DNA of 64,000 bases from Candidatus Collierbacteria bacterium UBA2277 (GTDB lineage: Bacteria > Patescibacteriota > Microgenomatia > UBA1400 > MFAQ01), in contig DDWV01000001.1 in the NCBI GenBank assembly GCA_002347045.1, forward strand, positions 100,443 to 164,442, read 5' to 3'. The position numbers and the translations under genes are program-made. A model generated the notes under the pieces. It saw only the letters and a list, made by a program, of their open reading frames with translations. It ran no database searches and had not been told where the DNA came from. Positions 30,059-37,490 of this stretch are shown here, in pieces. The first letter of the stretch is position 1, and each line of letters starts with the position of its first letter.

Positions 30059-32040
30059 GAAAATATTTTTAGAATTTTTTCTTTAATAGGATCGACTTGT
30101 TTTTGAGTTAAGTTTTCTTTTGTTGATAGGAAAGACACTTTGAATGTGTGATTACTCTCGTATGTTTCTTGATATTGAACTTTGTTTATTAGATTACTCA
30201 TCGAGAAAATTGTGTCAATAATTTCGCCAATTTTTTTGTTTGAATTAATTGTTATGCATTCAGAGATCTCAGGATACTCGGATAAAGGAGAAATGATGCG
30301 ATTGTTTGAGGTGTTTTTTGTAATAGCCGGTACACTTATCTCGACTAAGACAAACTTAGTTGAAATGTTCATGTTTCTTAGAATGTTTGGTTTTATATTT
30401 CCGATGCGGCCAATAAATTCATTTTTTACAAAAATATCGGCGGTCGTGTTTTCCGAAAAGAAACCATCCTTGTTTTTAGTAGAAACAAAAATGGGGTTGT
30501 CGATGAATAAGTTTTCTAACATCGACTCTAGTATTCCTTTTGTGTGACGATAATCTTGTGTCGATGCGAATACTAGATGAGAGATTTCGTCTGGAGTCTT
30601 TTTGTTTGAGATATGATAAGTGTTTGCAATTTCAAAAATATTTATTGGTTCTAAGACTTTACCTTGATTGTTTTTTATGTTCTGAGTTATTGATGGAACC
30701 AAACTAGTTCTTAAGTACTCGTAGTCTTTTGAAAGTGCGTTTGTTAGCTTAAGGTGTTTCTTTGTATCTAACTCATATGTCTCAATTAAATTTCTTGAGA
30801 TAAGCGAACTATTAAACACTTCATTGAAACCTTTTCCAAAAAGATAGTATTTGATTTTTGATTCAGTCGATAAGATTGAGTCTTTTGCTTCTGGTTTAAG
30901 ATTTACGTAAGGTAGTATCGAAGGTAATTTGAAGTATCCGTAGATTCTTGAAATTTCTTCTACGAGATCTTCCTTTATGTTGATATCGTGGTGTCGCCAG
31001 CTGGGCACAGTACAGCTGATTTTACTGTTGTTTTCTGTCTTTGTTTTAAACCCAAGACTGTCTAATATCGAAATAATTTGATCGTTTGGAATCTCTATTC
31101 CTACGTATGTGTTTAACCAGTTTGTGTCGAGAGATATTGTTTTTGAACTTTCTTTCGCAGGGTAAAAATCAAATACTGAGGATGATGGTCGGGCTTGAGA
31201 TCTTTCTTTGAGAAGTTGTATCGCTTTTGACAGAGTTGGTAGACACATTTCTGGGTCAGGCTGCTTTTCATAAATTTGCGAAGCTATCGTTCTCTTTTGT
31301 AGATAAAGCGAGGTTTTACGTACTTTTTGGGGATTGTATACCGGAACAATGAAAAGAATATTTTTAGTGTGTGCGTCTATTTCGGCTACAGCACCTCCCA
31401 TTACACCACTTAGGTCTACTATTCTGTTTGCTCCGTCTTCGATGATGATATCCCCACCCTTTAAATTGCAGATTTGATTATCAAGTGTTTTGATGATTTC
31501 GCCTTTTTTACTTTGCCTAAGTGTTAGTTTTTGTGGGGCAAGCTTGTCAAGGTCAAAAGCGTGGCAGGGCATACCGTAGAGTAAGGTTAGTTCGTTTGTA
31601 ATGTCGACGATGTTATTTATTGGCCGCTCGCCACATAACTGTAAAAGCTCCTTTGTGTTATCTGGCGAGTCTTTGACCGAAACATTTTCGAATGATACTG
31701 CGACAAAACGAGGAGTAAGTGATTTGTCCTGAATATCAAAGGCAAATGTTTTTGAAAAAAACTTATCGAACGATATGTTTCCTCGATAAGGATCGTTTGT
31801 AAGTTTTGCAGTGATCCCCTGCTGATTTAGTATGGCTGAGGCTTCTCTGGCAATTCCTTGAACACTTGCCGTATCAATGCGATTTGTAATTATCTCTATG
31901 TCGTAGATAAACTGTCCATTTTCCTTATGCACTCTATCAAACGTGGGACCACAAAGACTTACTTTGTTAGAAATTGTTTCAGGATCAGCTTTGGTTTGGA
32001 GAAAATGTCTAAGTGCTTTGTCAGTAATTTTTATATCCAT
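30055..32040 (-). CDS. pheT: phenylalanine--tRNA ligase beta subunit (short form)
   Basis: Position directly downstream of pheS. B3/B4 and catalytic-like core and a C-terminal FDX-ACB-like domain. 661 aa versus about 800 typical. Confidence 0.8.
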   Translation of the reverse strand: MDIKITDKALRHFLQTKADPETISNKVSLCGPTFDRVHKENGQFIYDIEIITNRIDTASVQGIAREASAILNQQGITAKLTNDPYRGNISFDKFFSKTFAFDIQDKSLTPRFVAVSFENVSVKDSPDNTKELLQLCGERPINNIVDITNELTLLYGMPCHAFDLDKLAPQKLTLRQSKKGEIIKTLDNQICNLKGGDIIIEDGANRIVDLSGVMGGAVAEIDAHTKNILFIVPVYNPQKVRKTSLYLQKRTIASQIYEKQPDPEMCLPTLSKAIQLLKERSQARPSSSVFDFYPAKESSKTISLDTNWLNTYVGIEIPNDQIISILDSLGFKTKTENNSKISCTVPSWRHHDINIKEDLVEEISRIYGYFKLPSILPYVNLKPEAKDSILSTESKIKYYLFGKGFNEVFNSSLISRNLIETYELDTKKHLKLTNALSKDYEYLRTSLVPSITQNIKNNQGKVLEPINIFEIANTYHISNKKTPDEISHLVFASTQDYRHTKGILESMLENLFIDNPIFVSTKNKDGFFSENTTADIFVKNEFIGRIGNIKPNILRNMNISTKFVLVEISVPAITKNTSNNRIISPLSEYPEISECITINSNKKIGEIIDTIFSMSNLINKVQYQETYESNHTFKVSFLSTKENLTQKQVDPIKEKILKIFS

Positions 32041-32042
32041 AG

Positions 32043-33089
32043 TTAAAATTGTTTTAAAAATCTAAGATCATCTGTGTAAAGTAATCTGATGTCTGGAATA
32101 TTCTTTCCAGACTTCATCATAAAAACTCGCTCAACTCCCCAACCAAATGCTATCCCAGAGTACTCATCGGGGTCTATGCCGCCATTTTTTAGTACATTTG
32201 GATGCACCATTCCAGCTCCCCCAAGCTCAAGCCAGCCAGATTTACATATTTTGCAGGGTGAACCTTCGATAACCCCAGATCCATTACACAGCCCACAACT
32301 AATGTCTATTTCAAAACTTGGTTCGGTGAATTGAAAATGATGTGGTCTAAGTCTTATTACTCTATCATTTCCGAAGAAGGATTTTGCGAAAAAATCTGTT
32401 ATTCCAATAAGATGTGAAATATTGATCCCTTTGTCGACTATCAATCCTTCGAATTGATGAAACATAGGGATATGAGTTGCGTCAGTTTGGCGACGATATG
32501 TTTTTCCGATATTAATCATCTTTATCGGAGGAATTTTTACTTTTTCCATCTCATGAAGTTGGCCATTGCTAGTGTGCGCTGTAAGAACTACTCCATCGTC
32601 GAGATAAAATGTTTCTTGATCGTCTCTTGCTGGGTGGTCTTTTGGAATATTTAGTCCTTCTGCGTAGTACCAGTCTGTTTCAACCTCAGGGTATCTTCGC
32701 CTTACGAATCCGAGTTTGTCAAAGATTTGTTCGATATCATTAATGGCTTGAGTGATTGGGTGGATACTTCCTTTGGAAGGTCTTATACCTGGAACTGTTA
32801 CGTCTAGATACTCTTTTGAGTTAGCATTTAGAACCTCCGATGTTTTTTCTGATAGTTTTTCAAAACAAAATTTTTTCAGTTCATTAATAGCTTTTCCGAT
32901 CTCGGGATTTCCTTTTAATGGGAGTGTTTTAAATAGTTGATTTACCTCCCCTTGTCGACCTAAAAATTTGGTATTTAGATCGTCTATTTCATTTATACTT
33001 TTTACAGATAAAAGTCCTTGGACAAGACGCTTTCTCGTGTCATTAAGTATTTTTTTGTGATTAGTGGACATCTTTATCAATGATAACAA
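32043..33089 (-). CDS. pheS: phenylalanine--tRNA ligase alpha subunit
   Basis: Class II aaRS motifs (…FRLRPHHFQFTEPSFEID…GAGMVHPNVL…). Confidence 0.9.
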   Translation of the reverse strand: MLSLIKMSTNHKKILNDTRKRLVQGLLSVKSINEIDDLNTKFLGRQGEVNQLFKTLPLKGNPEIGKAINELKKFCFEKLSEKTSEVLNANSKEYLDVTVPGIRPSKGSIHPITQAINDIEQIFDKLGFVRRRYPEVETDWYYAEGLNIPKDHPARDDQETFYLDDGVVLTAHTSNGQLHEMEKVKIPPIKMINIGKTYRRQTDATHIPMFHQFEGLIVDKGINISHLIGITDFFAKSFFGNDRVIRLRPHHFQFTEPSFEIDISCGLCNGSGVIEGSPCKICKSGWLELGGAGMVHPNVLKNGGIDPDEYSGIAFGWGVERVFMMKSGKNIPDIRLLYTDDLRFLKQF

Positions 33090-33136
33090 AAACTCCCCTG
33101 TTCGGGGAGTTTTAATTCTTTAAAATTAATCCCCGA

Positions 33137-33493
33137 TTATTTTTTAGTACTAAATGATACGACATCCTTAAAAGCATTTGGAATAGTGGTAGCTAAAGCA
33201 GCCATTGACTTTCTGTTTAGAAGAATTTTTTTGTCTGAAAGGGCTTTGATAAAGCGAGAGTATTTTGGTGCATCAACAATACTGCTTAAGGCTGCGTTAA
33301 TTCTAGTAATCCAAATGATTCTCATTTGCTGCTTTCTTTCTTTTCGGCCATTGTATGCGTACTGACCGGCATGCAAAACTGCTTCGTTGGCAACTTTAAA
33401 CAAACGGTTGCGTGTCATTCGATAACCTTTTGCTAGGCTTAGAATCTTTTTGTGTCCTTTACGGCGGACTACACCTGTTTTAACTCTTGGCAT
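33137..33493 (-). CDS. rplT: 50S ribosomal protein L20
   Basis: MPRVKTGVVRRKGHKKIL…GYR… is a canonical L20. Confidence 0.95.
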   Translation of the reverse strand: MPRVKTGVVRRKGHKKILSLAKGYRMTRNRLFKVANEAVLHAGQYAYNGRKERKQQMRIIWITRINAALSSIVDAPKYSRFIKALSDKKILLNRKSMAALATTIPNAFKDVVSFSTKK

Positions 33494-33506
33494 TTTGAAT
33501 AGCTAT

Positions 33507-33716
33507 TTATAAATGAAGCATTTGTTTAATCTTTTTTGCGATTTTACCAGATACTATTTGATAGTGACGATAGCGTCTAATAAGTTTTTTGCTTTTTTTT
33601 CTACGAAGGTGACGCATGTAAGGGCTGCGACGCAAAACCTTGCCAGTGCCGGTAATTTTAAACCGTTTCATGACAATTTTTCTAGTTTTTTGCTTTGTTT
33701 TCTTCAGTTTTTTCAT
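33507..33716 (-). CDS. rpmI: 50S ribosomal protein L35
   Basis: MKKLKKTKQKTRKIVMKRFKITGTGKVLRR…; small basic protein in the infC-rpmI-rplT context. Confidence 0.88.
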   Translation of the reverse strand: MKKLKKTKQKTRKIVMKRFKITGTGKVLRRSPYMRHLRRKKSKKLIRRYRHYQIVSGKIAKKIKQMLHL

Positions 33717-34231
33717 ACTCCTGTTTTATTTTTAGGCTTGACTTGGGCAATTAGAAGCTTTCCCATGTATTTGGGTTCTTCTACAACCGTAGAGACTTCG
33801 GACAGACCTTGTAAAGCCTGAACAATCACTTTTTCTCCAAATTCTTTTTTGGTGATTTGCCTGCCACGGAATTTTACCACTAATTTCACTCTATCGCCAG
33901 CCTTAAGAAATTTCGTTGCCTGCCTTACTTTTACATTAAGGTCATTATCTGCCATAAATGGTTTGAGTCTGATCTCTTTTGTTTCCTGTCCCCCTTTGCC
34001 TGAACCAGCTCTACCCTTTTTGTCTTCTTGGTACTTAAATTTTTGAAAGTTAATTATTTTGACTATGGGAGGAGTAGCCTTTTCTGTAATTTCAACAAGG
34101 TCCATTTCTTGTGCAACAGCAAGATCCAGTGCATCTTTCGTAGACATAATGCCAAGTTGCTTGTTATCTTGATCGATAACGCGAACCTCTGGATATCTGA
34201 TATTTTGATTTGTTCGATAATATTTACCCAA
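33713..34231 (-). CDS. infC: translation initiation factor IF-3
   Basis: …IRYPEVRVIDQDNKQLGIMSTKDALDLAVAQEMDLVEI…. The true start may be a non-ATG codon, as is usual for infC. Confidence 0.9.
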   Translation of the reverse strand: MGKYYRTNQNIRYPEVRVIDQDNKQLGIMSTKDALDLAVAQEMDLVEITEKATPPIVKIINFQKFKYQEDKKGRAGSGKGGQETKEIRLKPFMADNDLNVKVRQATKFLKAGDRVKLVVKFRGRQITKKEFGEKVIVQALQGLSEVSTVVEEPKYMGKLLIAQVKPKNKTGV

Positions 34232-34381
34232 TTTATTTATTTTATTTTTTAGTGATGCTCTATTTTACTATAATTTAGGCTTGAGCGTGTCTAGGCTTGA
34301 AGTTATTTCACAGAATGGGTTTAATGGTCTGTTTTGATGTAGTCACAGCTGTGCTATTTGTGTACAGTTATTAATCAAATA

Positions 34382-34404
34382 CAAAAAATCCTCCATGATG
34401 GAGG
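34382..34404 (-). terminator. rho-independent terminator after tRNA-Val (CCTCC-ATGAT-GGAGG followed by TTTTTT on the minus strand)
   Basis: Hairpin and T-run seen directly 3' of the minus-strand tRNA. Confidence 0.5.
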
Positions 34405-34417
34405 TTTCCTTGTATTG

Positions 34418-34491
34418 TGGGCCTGACTGGACTCGAACCAGTGACCTCTGCAATGTCAATGCAGCGCTCTAGCCAGCTGAGCTACAAGCCC
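34418..34491 (-). tRNA. tRNA-Val (anticodon GAC)
   Basis: Manual fold: acceptor GGGCTTG/CAGGCCC, D arm GCTC…GAGC, anticodon stem CTGCA/TGCAG with loop TTGACAT, T arm ACTGG-TTCGAGT-CCAGT. Confidence 0.85.
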
Positions 34492-34513
34492 CAACGAGAG
34501 ATATTTTAACATA

Positions 34514-35056
34514 TTAGCCTACAGAAGTGGCGATACTACGCTCATTACTTTGGGTAAAAGATGACCCATTGGACTTTGCCATACCCCAGTATTGGCCTTG
34601 TTTTTTTGATCGATTGTTGTATGTTTCTAGCCAGCTGTTGGTTTTGCTTACGTTAAGTGAGTAGAGATGAATTATGTTTTTGATGTGCTCAAGGTGTGAT
34701 TCATGATAGACACTAGTTTCAACCACTGGAGATTCTATTGCTTTTACAATGTTTTGATCAAGTTTTTTTAGCTTTGTCTTTAGTTTTTTTAGTTCTTGTC
34801 GGATAGTACTTATCCTTTTTTGAACCTCGATTTCCTTTGAGGAGTATATCTTGTTCCATTCTTGATATCTTTGGTTGTGAAATTGCTCTACTCTTTGCTG
34901 TTCAATTTCCTTTTTGATGCTTGTTTCGTTTCGGATACCAAGATTTGGTGAAGTCTCAGATGTCTTACCCTGGGAATTGCGAAGGGCCTCTAAAAAATTT
35001 CGTATTTTGATATTTCCTGCACCTCCCCCGGTTATTCCGTTACCAGTGGTATTCAT
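34514..35056 (-). CDS. hypothetical protein (Gly-rich N-terminus, coiled-coil)
   Basis: Open reading frame only. No motif recognised. Confidence 0.4.
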   Translation of the reverse strand: MNTTGNGITGGGAGNIKIRNFLEALRNSQGKTSETSPNLGIRNETSIKKEIEQQRVEQFHNQRYQEWNKIYSSKEIEVQKRISTIRQELKKLKTKLKKLDQNIVKAIESPVVETSVYHESHLEHIKNIIHLYSLNVSKTNSWLETYNNRSKKQGQYWGMAKSNGSSFTQSNERSIATSVG

Positions 35057-35066
35057 TTAAAACAAA

Positions 35067-35870
35067 TTAACAAAGTTTCAGTAATAAGTCAATTGTCTTG
35101 CGGCGGTCAATAATAGATTTTAGTCTTCCGTATTGATTTTCCGGAATGTTCCCTACTTGTGCCATTTGTTTAATTTCGTCCAGCTCTGTATCAATTTTTT
35201 CTTCCCTTGCGATTTCGAGAAGAATTAGATCAAGCTTTATAGATTCCTCGGCTTTTTTTGCGTACTCGGTTTTTACTTCTTCAATTGTTTTGTTTGCTGC
35301 TTTTAAGTATTTTTCTAAAGTTAAGTTTAGAGTCTTTGCCTGCTCTGCAAGTCTTTCCAAGCTATAGTTTGTTTCTTCGTCGATAACTGATACTGGTACG
35401 TCTATTTTGATTCCCTTAAGTAAGTTTTCGTAGATTTGGTCAATTTTTTGTTCATCCGAGATTTTTGAGTTTGTTTTTGATTTCTTAATCTTGGAAAATA
35501 GTTTTTTGTAGTTTTTGACATCTACCTTAGGATATAAGGGCATGGTAATTTTTATCTCCCAACCAGTGTCCTCTTTTGAGTCGATATTCTCAAGTACAGG
35601 ACGCCCAAGTAGTCGATATTTATTTTCCTTTACTACTTGATCGATGATGTCATTTAATACGTGGCTTAAAATGTGATTTGATAGTTTGTCTGGGTCAATG
35701 CTGTCTTTGGCAATTGATTTTGGTGCTTTCCCCTGACGAAAACCTTTTATTGTGACTGTCGAAATAAGTGCATCAACGGCATGCTCTTTTTGAGTATCCA
35801 CCTCAGCTTGAGTTAACGTAGCAGAAATATGGACTGTGTTATTTTTTATTTCTTTGCTTTTGATCTTCAT
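35067..35870 (-). CDS. tig: trigger factor-like chaperone, short (N-terminal ribosome-binding domain; apparently lacks a PPIase domain)
   Basis: …TIKGFRQGKAPKSI… matches the trigger-factor GFRxGxxP ribosome-docking signature. 267 aa versus about 430. Confidence 0.5.
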   Translation of the reverse strand: MKIKSKEIKNNTVHISATLTQAEVDTQKEHAVDALISTVTIKGFRQGKAPKSIAKDSIDPDKLSNHILSHVLNDIIDQVVKENKYRLLGRPVLENIDSKEDTGWEIKITMPLYPKVDVKNYKKLFSKIKKSKTNSKISDEQKIDQIYENLLKGIKIDVPVSVIDEETNYSLERLAEQAKTLNLTLEKYLKAANKTIEEVKTEYAKKAEESIKLDLILLEIAREEKIDTELDEIKQMAQVGNIPENQYGRLKSIIDRRKTIDLLLKLC

Positions 35871-35949
35871 ACTTGTTGTGTTTTTGGATATTTAAATTAT
35901 TTTAAAATCTAACAATCATATGTTTTACCACAAGGGTAAACCATTTGCT

Positions 35950-36035
35950 TGGTGCCGAGGAGAGGACTTGAACCTCCACGCTTTTAAGGGCAATAGGTCC
36001 TAAACCTATCGTGTCTACCATTTCACCACCTCGGC
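35950..36035 (-). tRNA. tRNA-Leu (anticodon TAG), CCA encoded
   Basis: Manual fold: GCCGAGG acceptor, anticodon stem ATAGG/CCTAT with loop TTTAGGA, long variable arm, T arm GAGG-TTCAAGT-CCTC. Confidence 0.85.
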
Positions 36036-36061
36036 GTATTTGATATTTTATCATTAAGAGG

Positions 36062-36667
36062 TCATTCTAGGCGATCAAAGAACGTGGAAATACCATTAGC
36101 CCATGAGCCGTCGGATGGTGGAGTATATGTTTTCATTACTTCGTATGGATCCATACTGTGATTTCCTTTAAGAAATATTTTCGTAAACTGTGGTGCGATT
36201 CTTCGTAGTGCGTCTTCATAGCTGTCGAATCTGGTTACTTTATCCCCGTATATCCCCCACCCCCAACAGTTGTATGAGTTTTCTGGAATTCGTTTGCACA
36301 AACTTGATTCTTGTTGAGAGATGGCTACTAACCAGCGATAATCAAAGTTGTATTGATCAGATAACTCTACTATTAAATTGGAGTAGGGCTCGAGAGGAGA
36401 CTCGTATTTTTGAAGATATTGTCTAATTATCTCTGGTCGTGCATCTGCTGTCTTTACAGATGTTTTTATTTGCTGATCAAAAGAAGGTAGTGCTGCAAAA
36501 ATAATTGGATCCTCGAAATTAGTTTTGGGAGTTGTGTAGTATCCTTGAACAGATTGAGACAAGACTTTCTCCTTGTCTGATGATGTCGAGAGGTTTGATG
36601 CTGTCGAAATAGATATCTTGATAAGAAGAGTGAAAAGAAGCAATAGAAAGAGGCCCTTTTTAAACAT
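36062..36667 (-). CDS. secreted protein, possible glucosaminidase/muramidase-family (GH73-like) peptidoglycan hydrolase
   Basis: Signal peptide. …WLVAISQQESSL…SYNCWGWGIYGD resembles the FlgJ/glucosaminidase ESGWG…YNLFGIK core. Tentative. Confidence 0.4.
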   Translation of the reverse strand: MFKKGLFLLLLFTLLIKISISTASNLSTSSDKEKVLSQSVQGYYTTPKTNFEDPIIFAALPSFDQQIKTSVKTADARPEIIRQYLQKYESPLEPYSNLIVELSDQYNFDYRWLVAISQQESSLCKRIPENSYNCWGWGIYGDKVTRFDSYEDALRRIAPQFTKIFLKGNHSMDPYEVMKTYTPPSDGSWANGISTFFDRLE

Positions 36668-36720
36668 GGATTACTTACATCATAGTGGCAGAGTTTTTAT
36701 CTGCTGTCAAGATTGCCCAG

Positions 36721-36806
36721 TTTCAAATCCTTGTACAAATTTAGGATACTTTACCGCAAGGGTAAAATATCCTATTTGTGCTCCAAGAGGGATTTGCCCC
36801 TCAGTA
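36721..36806. repeat. R1a: 86-bp exact direct copy of the tRNA-Arg downstream flank plus the last 20 nt of tRNA-Arg (copy lacking the rest of the tRNA)
   Basis: Identical to 36871..36956. Contains a 13-bp near-perfect hairpin AGGATACTTTACC-GCAAG-GGTAAAATATCCT. Its termini are the inverted 7-mers CAAATCC and GGATTTG, which are the tRNA T-loop sequence and its complement. Confidence 0.85.
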
Positions 36807-36880
36807 ACTTTCTGCTGAAAGTTCTTCAAGGCCTGCCTCAGCGCCAGTCGCGCTTCCGGCTTTCAAATCCTTGTACAAAT
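36800..36880. repeat. R2a: about 81-bp GC-rich structured element (copy A)
   Basis: About 92 percent identical to 37090..37170. Internal hairpins AACTTTC-TGCT-GAAAGTT and AGCGC-CAGTC-GCGCT. Terminal helix GGATTTG/CAAATCC. Confidence 0.8.
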
Positions 36881-36918
36881 TTAGGATACTTTACCGCAAG
36901 GGTAAAATATCCTATTTG

Positions 36919-36992
36919 TGCTCCAAGAGGGATTTGAACCCCCAACCTACGGTTCCGAAGACCGGCGCTCTATCCAATTGAGCTATTGGAGC
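36919..36992 (-). tRNA. tRNA-Arg (anticodon TCG)
   Basis: Manual fold: acceptor GCTCCAA/TTGGAGC, D arm GCTC…GAGC, anticodon loop CTTCGGA with a 4-bp stem plus a C:U mismatch, T arm GGGGG-TTCAAAT-CCCTC. Confidence 0.78.
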
Positions 36993-37049
36993 ATGAATCG
37001 ATTTTATATCTATTTTGTATTACTCGTACGTTTTTAGATATTGTTGCAT

Positions 37050-37082
37050 CTCATTAATTAATAATCCACCACAAGGGCGGAT
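37050..37082. repeat. R3a: 33-bp direct repeat (copy of the tRNA-Lys downstream flank hairpin)
   Basis: Identical to 37171..37203. Contains hairpin AATCCACC-ACAAG-GGCGGATT. Confidence 0.8.
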
Positions 37083-37089
37083 ATGTATA

Positions 37090-37170
37090 GGACTCGCCTC
37101 TTAGTAACTTTCTGCTGAAAGTTCTTCAAGGCCTGCCTCAGCGCCAGTCGCGCTTCCGGCTTTCGAGTCC
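37090..37170. repeat. R2b: about 81-bp GC-rich structured element (copy B)
   Basis: Same core as R2a. Terminal helix GGACTCG/CGAGTCC differs from copy A by two compensatory base-pair changes (T-A to C-G at two stem positions). Confidence 0.8.
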
Positions 37171-37225
37171 CATAATTAATCTCATTAATTAATAATCCAC
37201 CACAAGGGCGGATTATTAATTATTG

Positions 37226-37299
37226 TGGGTCAGGCGGGACTCGAACCCGCGACACCCTGCTTAAGAGGCAGGTGCTCTAACCGACTGAGCTACTGACCC
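37226..37299 (-). tRNA. tRNA-Lys (anticodon CTT)
   Basis: Manual fold is fully canonical: GGGTCAG-TA-GCTC-AGTCGGTTA-GAGC-A-CCTGC-CTCTTAA-GCAGG-GTGTC-GCGGG-TTCGAGT-CCCGC-CTGACCC-A. Confidence 0.9.
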
Positions 37300-37327
37300 A
37301 AACTACTTTGTTCAAATCTTGGTTGTA

Positions 37328-37411
37328 GGCAGGTGCTTTAAGAGCTTGCTCCCTACGACGCACATAACATTCGTTATACTGCTTTGATATAACCACCTGA
37401 GCTACTGACCC
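37328..37411 (-). pseudogene. tRNA-Lys 5'-half pseudo-fragment with about 40-nt insertion in the D region
   Basis: The minus strand reads GGGTCAGTAGCTCAGGTGGTTA…(insert)…GAGCAAGCTCTTAAAGCACCTGCC. That is the acceptor 5' strand, the D arm and the start of the anticodon stem of tRNA-Lys, then divergence. There is no T arm or 3' acceptor strand. Confidence 0.6.
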
Positions 37412-37490
37412 AAATTTCAGTTCAAAATGAACCTTTATATTTTACATCATTGTTTGTTGTTTGTGGCTGTTTGCTGGTATATTTTAATCA

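Noticed and set aside
33513-34252. Plus-strand ORFs 33513..33821, 33849..34046 and 34028..34252
   Set aside because: They are antisense to the highly conserved rpmI and infC genes.
36573-36937. ORFs 36573..36818 (+) and 36713..36937 (+), with a repeated NPCTNLGYFTARVKYPICAPRGI peptide
   Set aside because: They read through the R1/R2 DNA repeats and a tRNA gene. The repeated peptide is just the repeated DNA. There is no RBS.
37090-37170. R2 element as a possible tRNA or tmRNA-like gene
   Set aside because: I tried cloverleaf folds in both orientations. No acceptor, T-arm or anticodon arrangement works, even though the T-loop-like 7-mers are present at its ends. It is kept as a structured repeat only.
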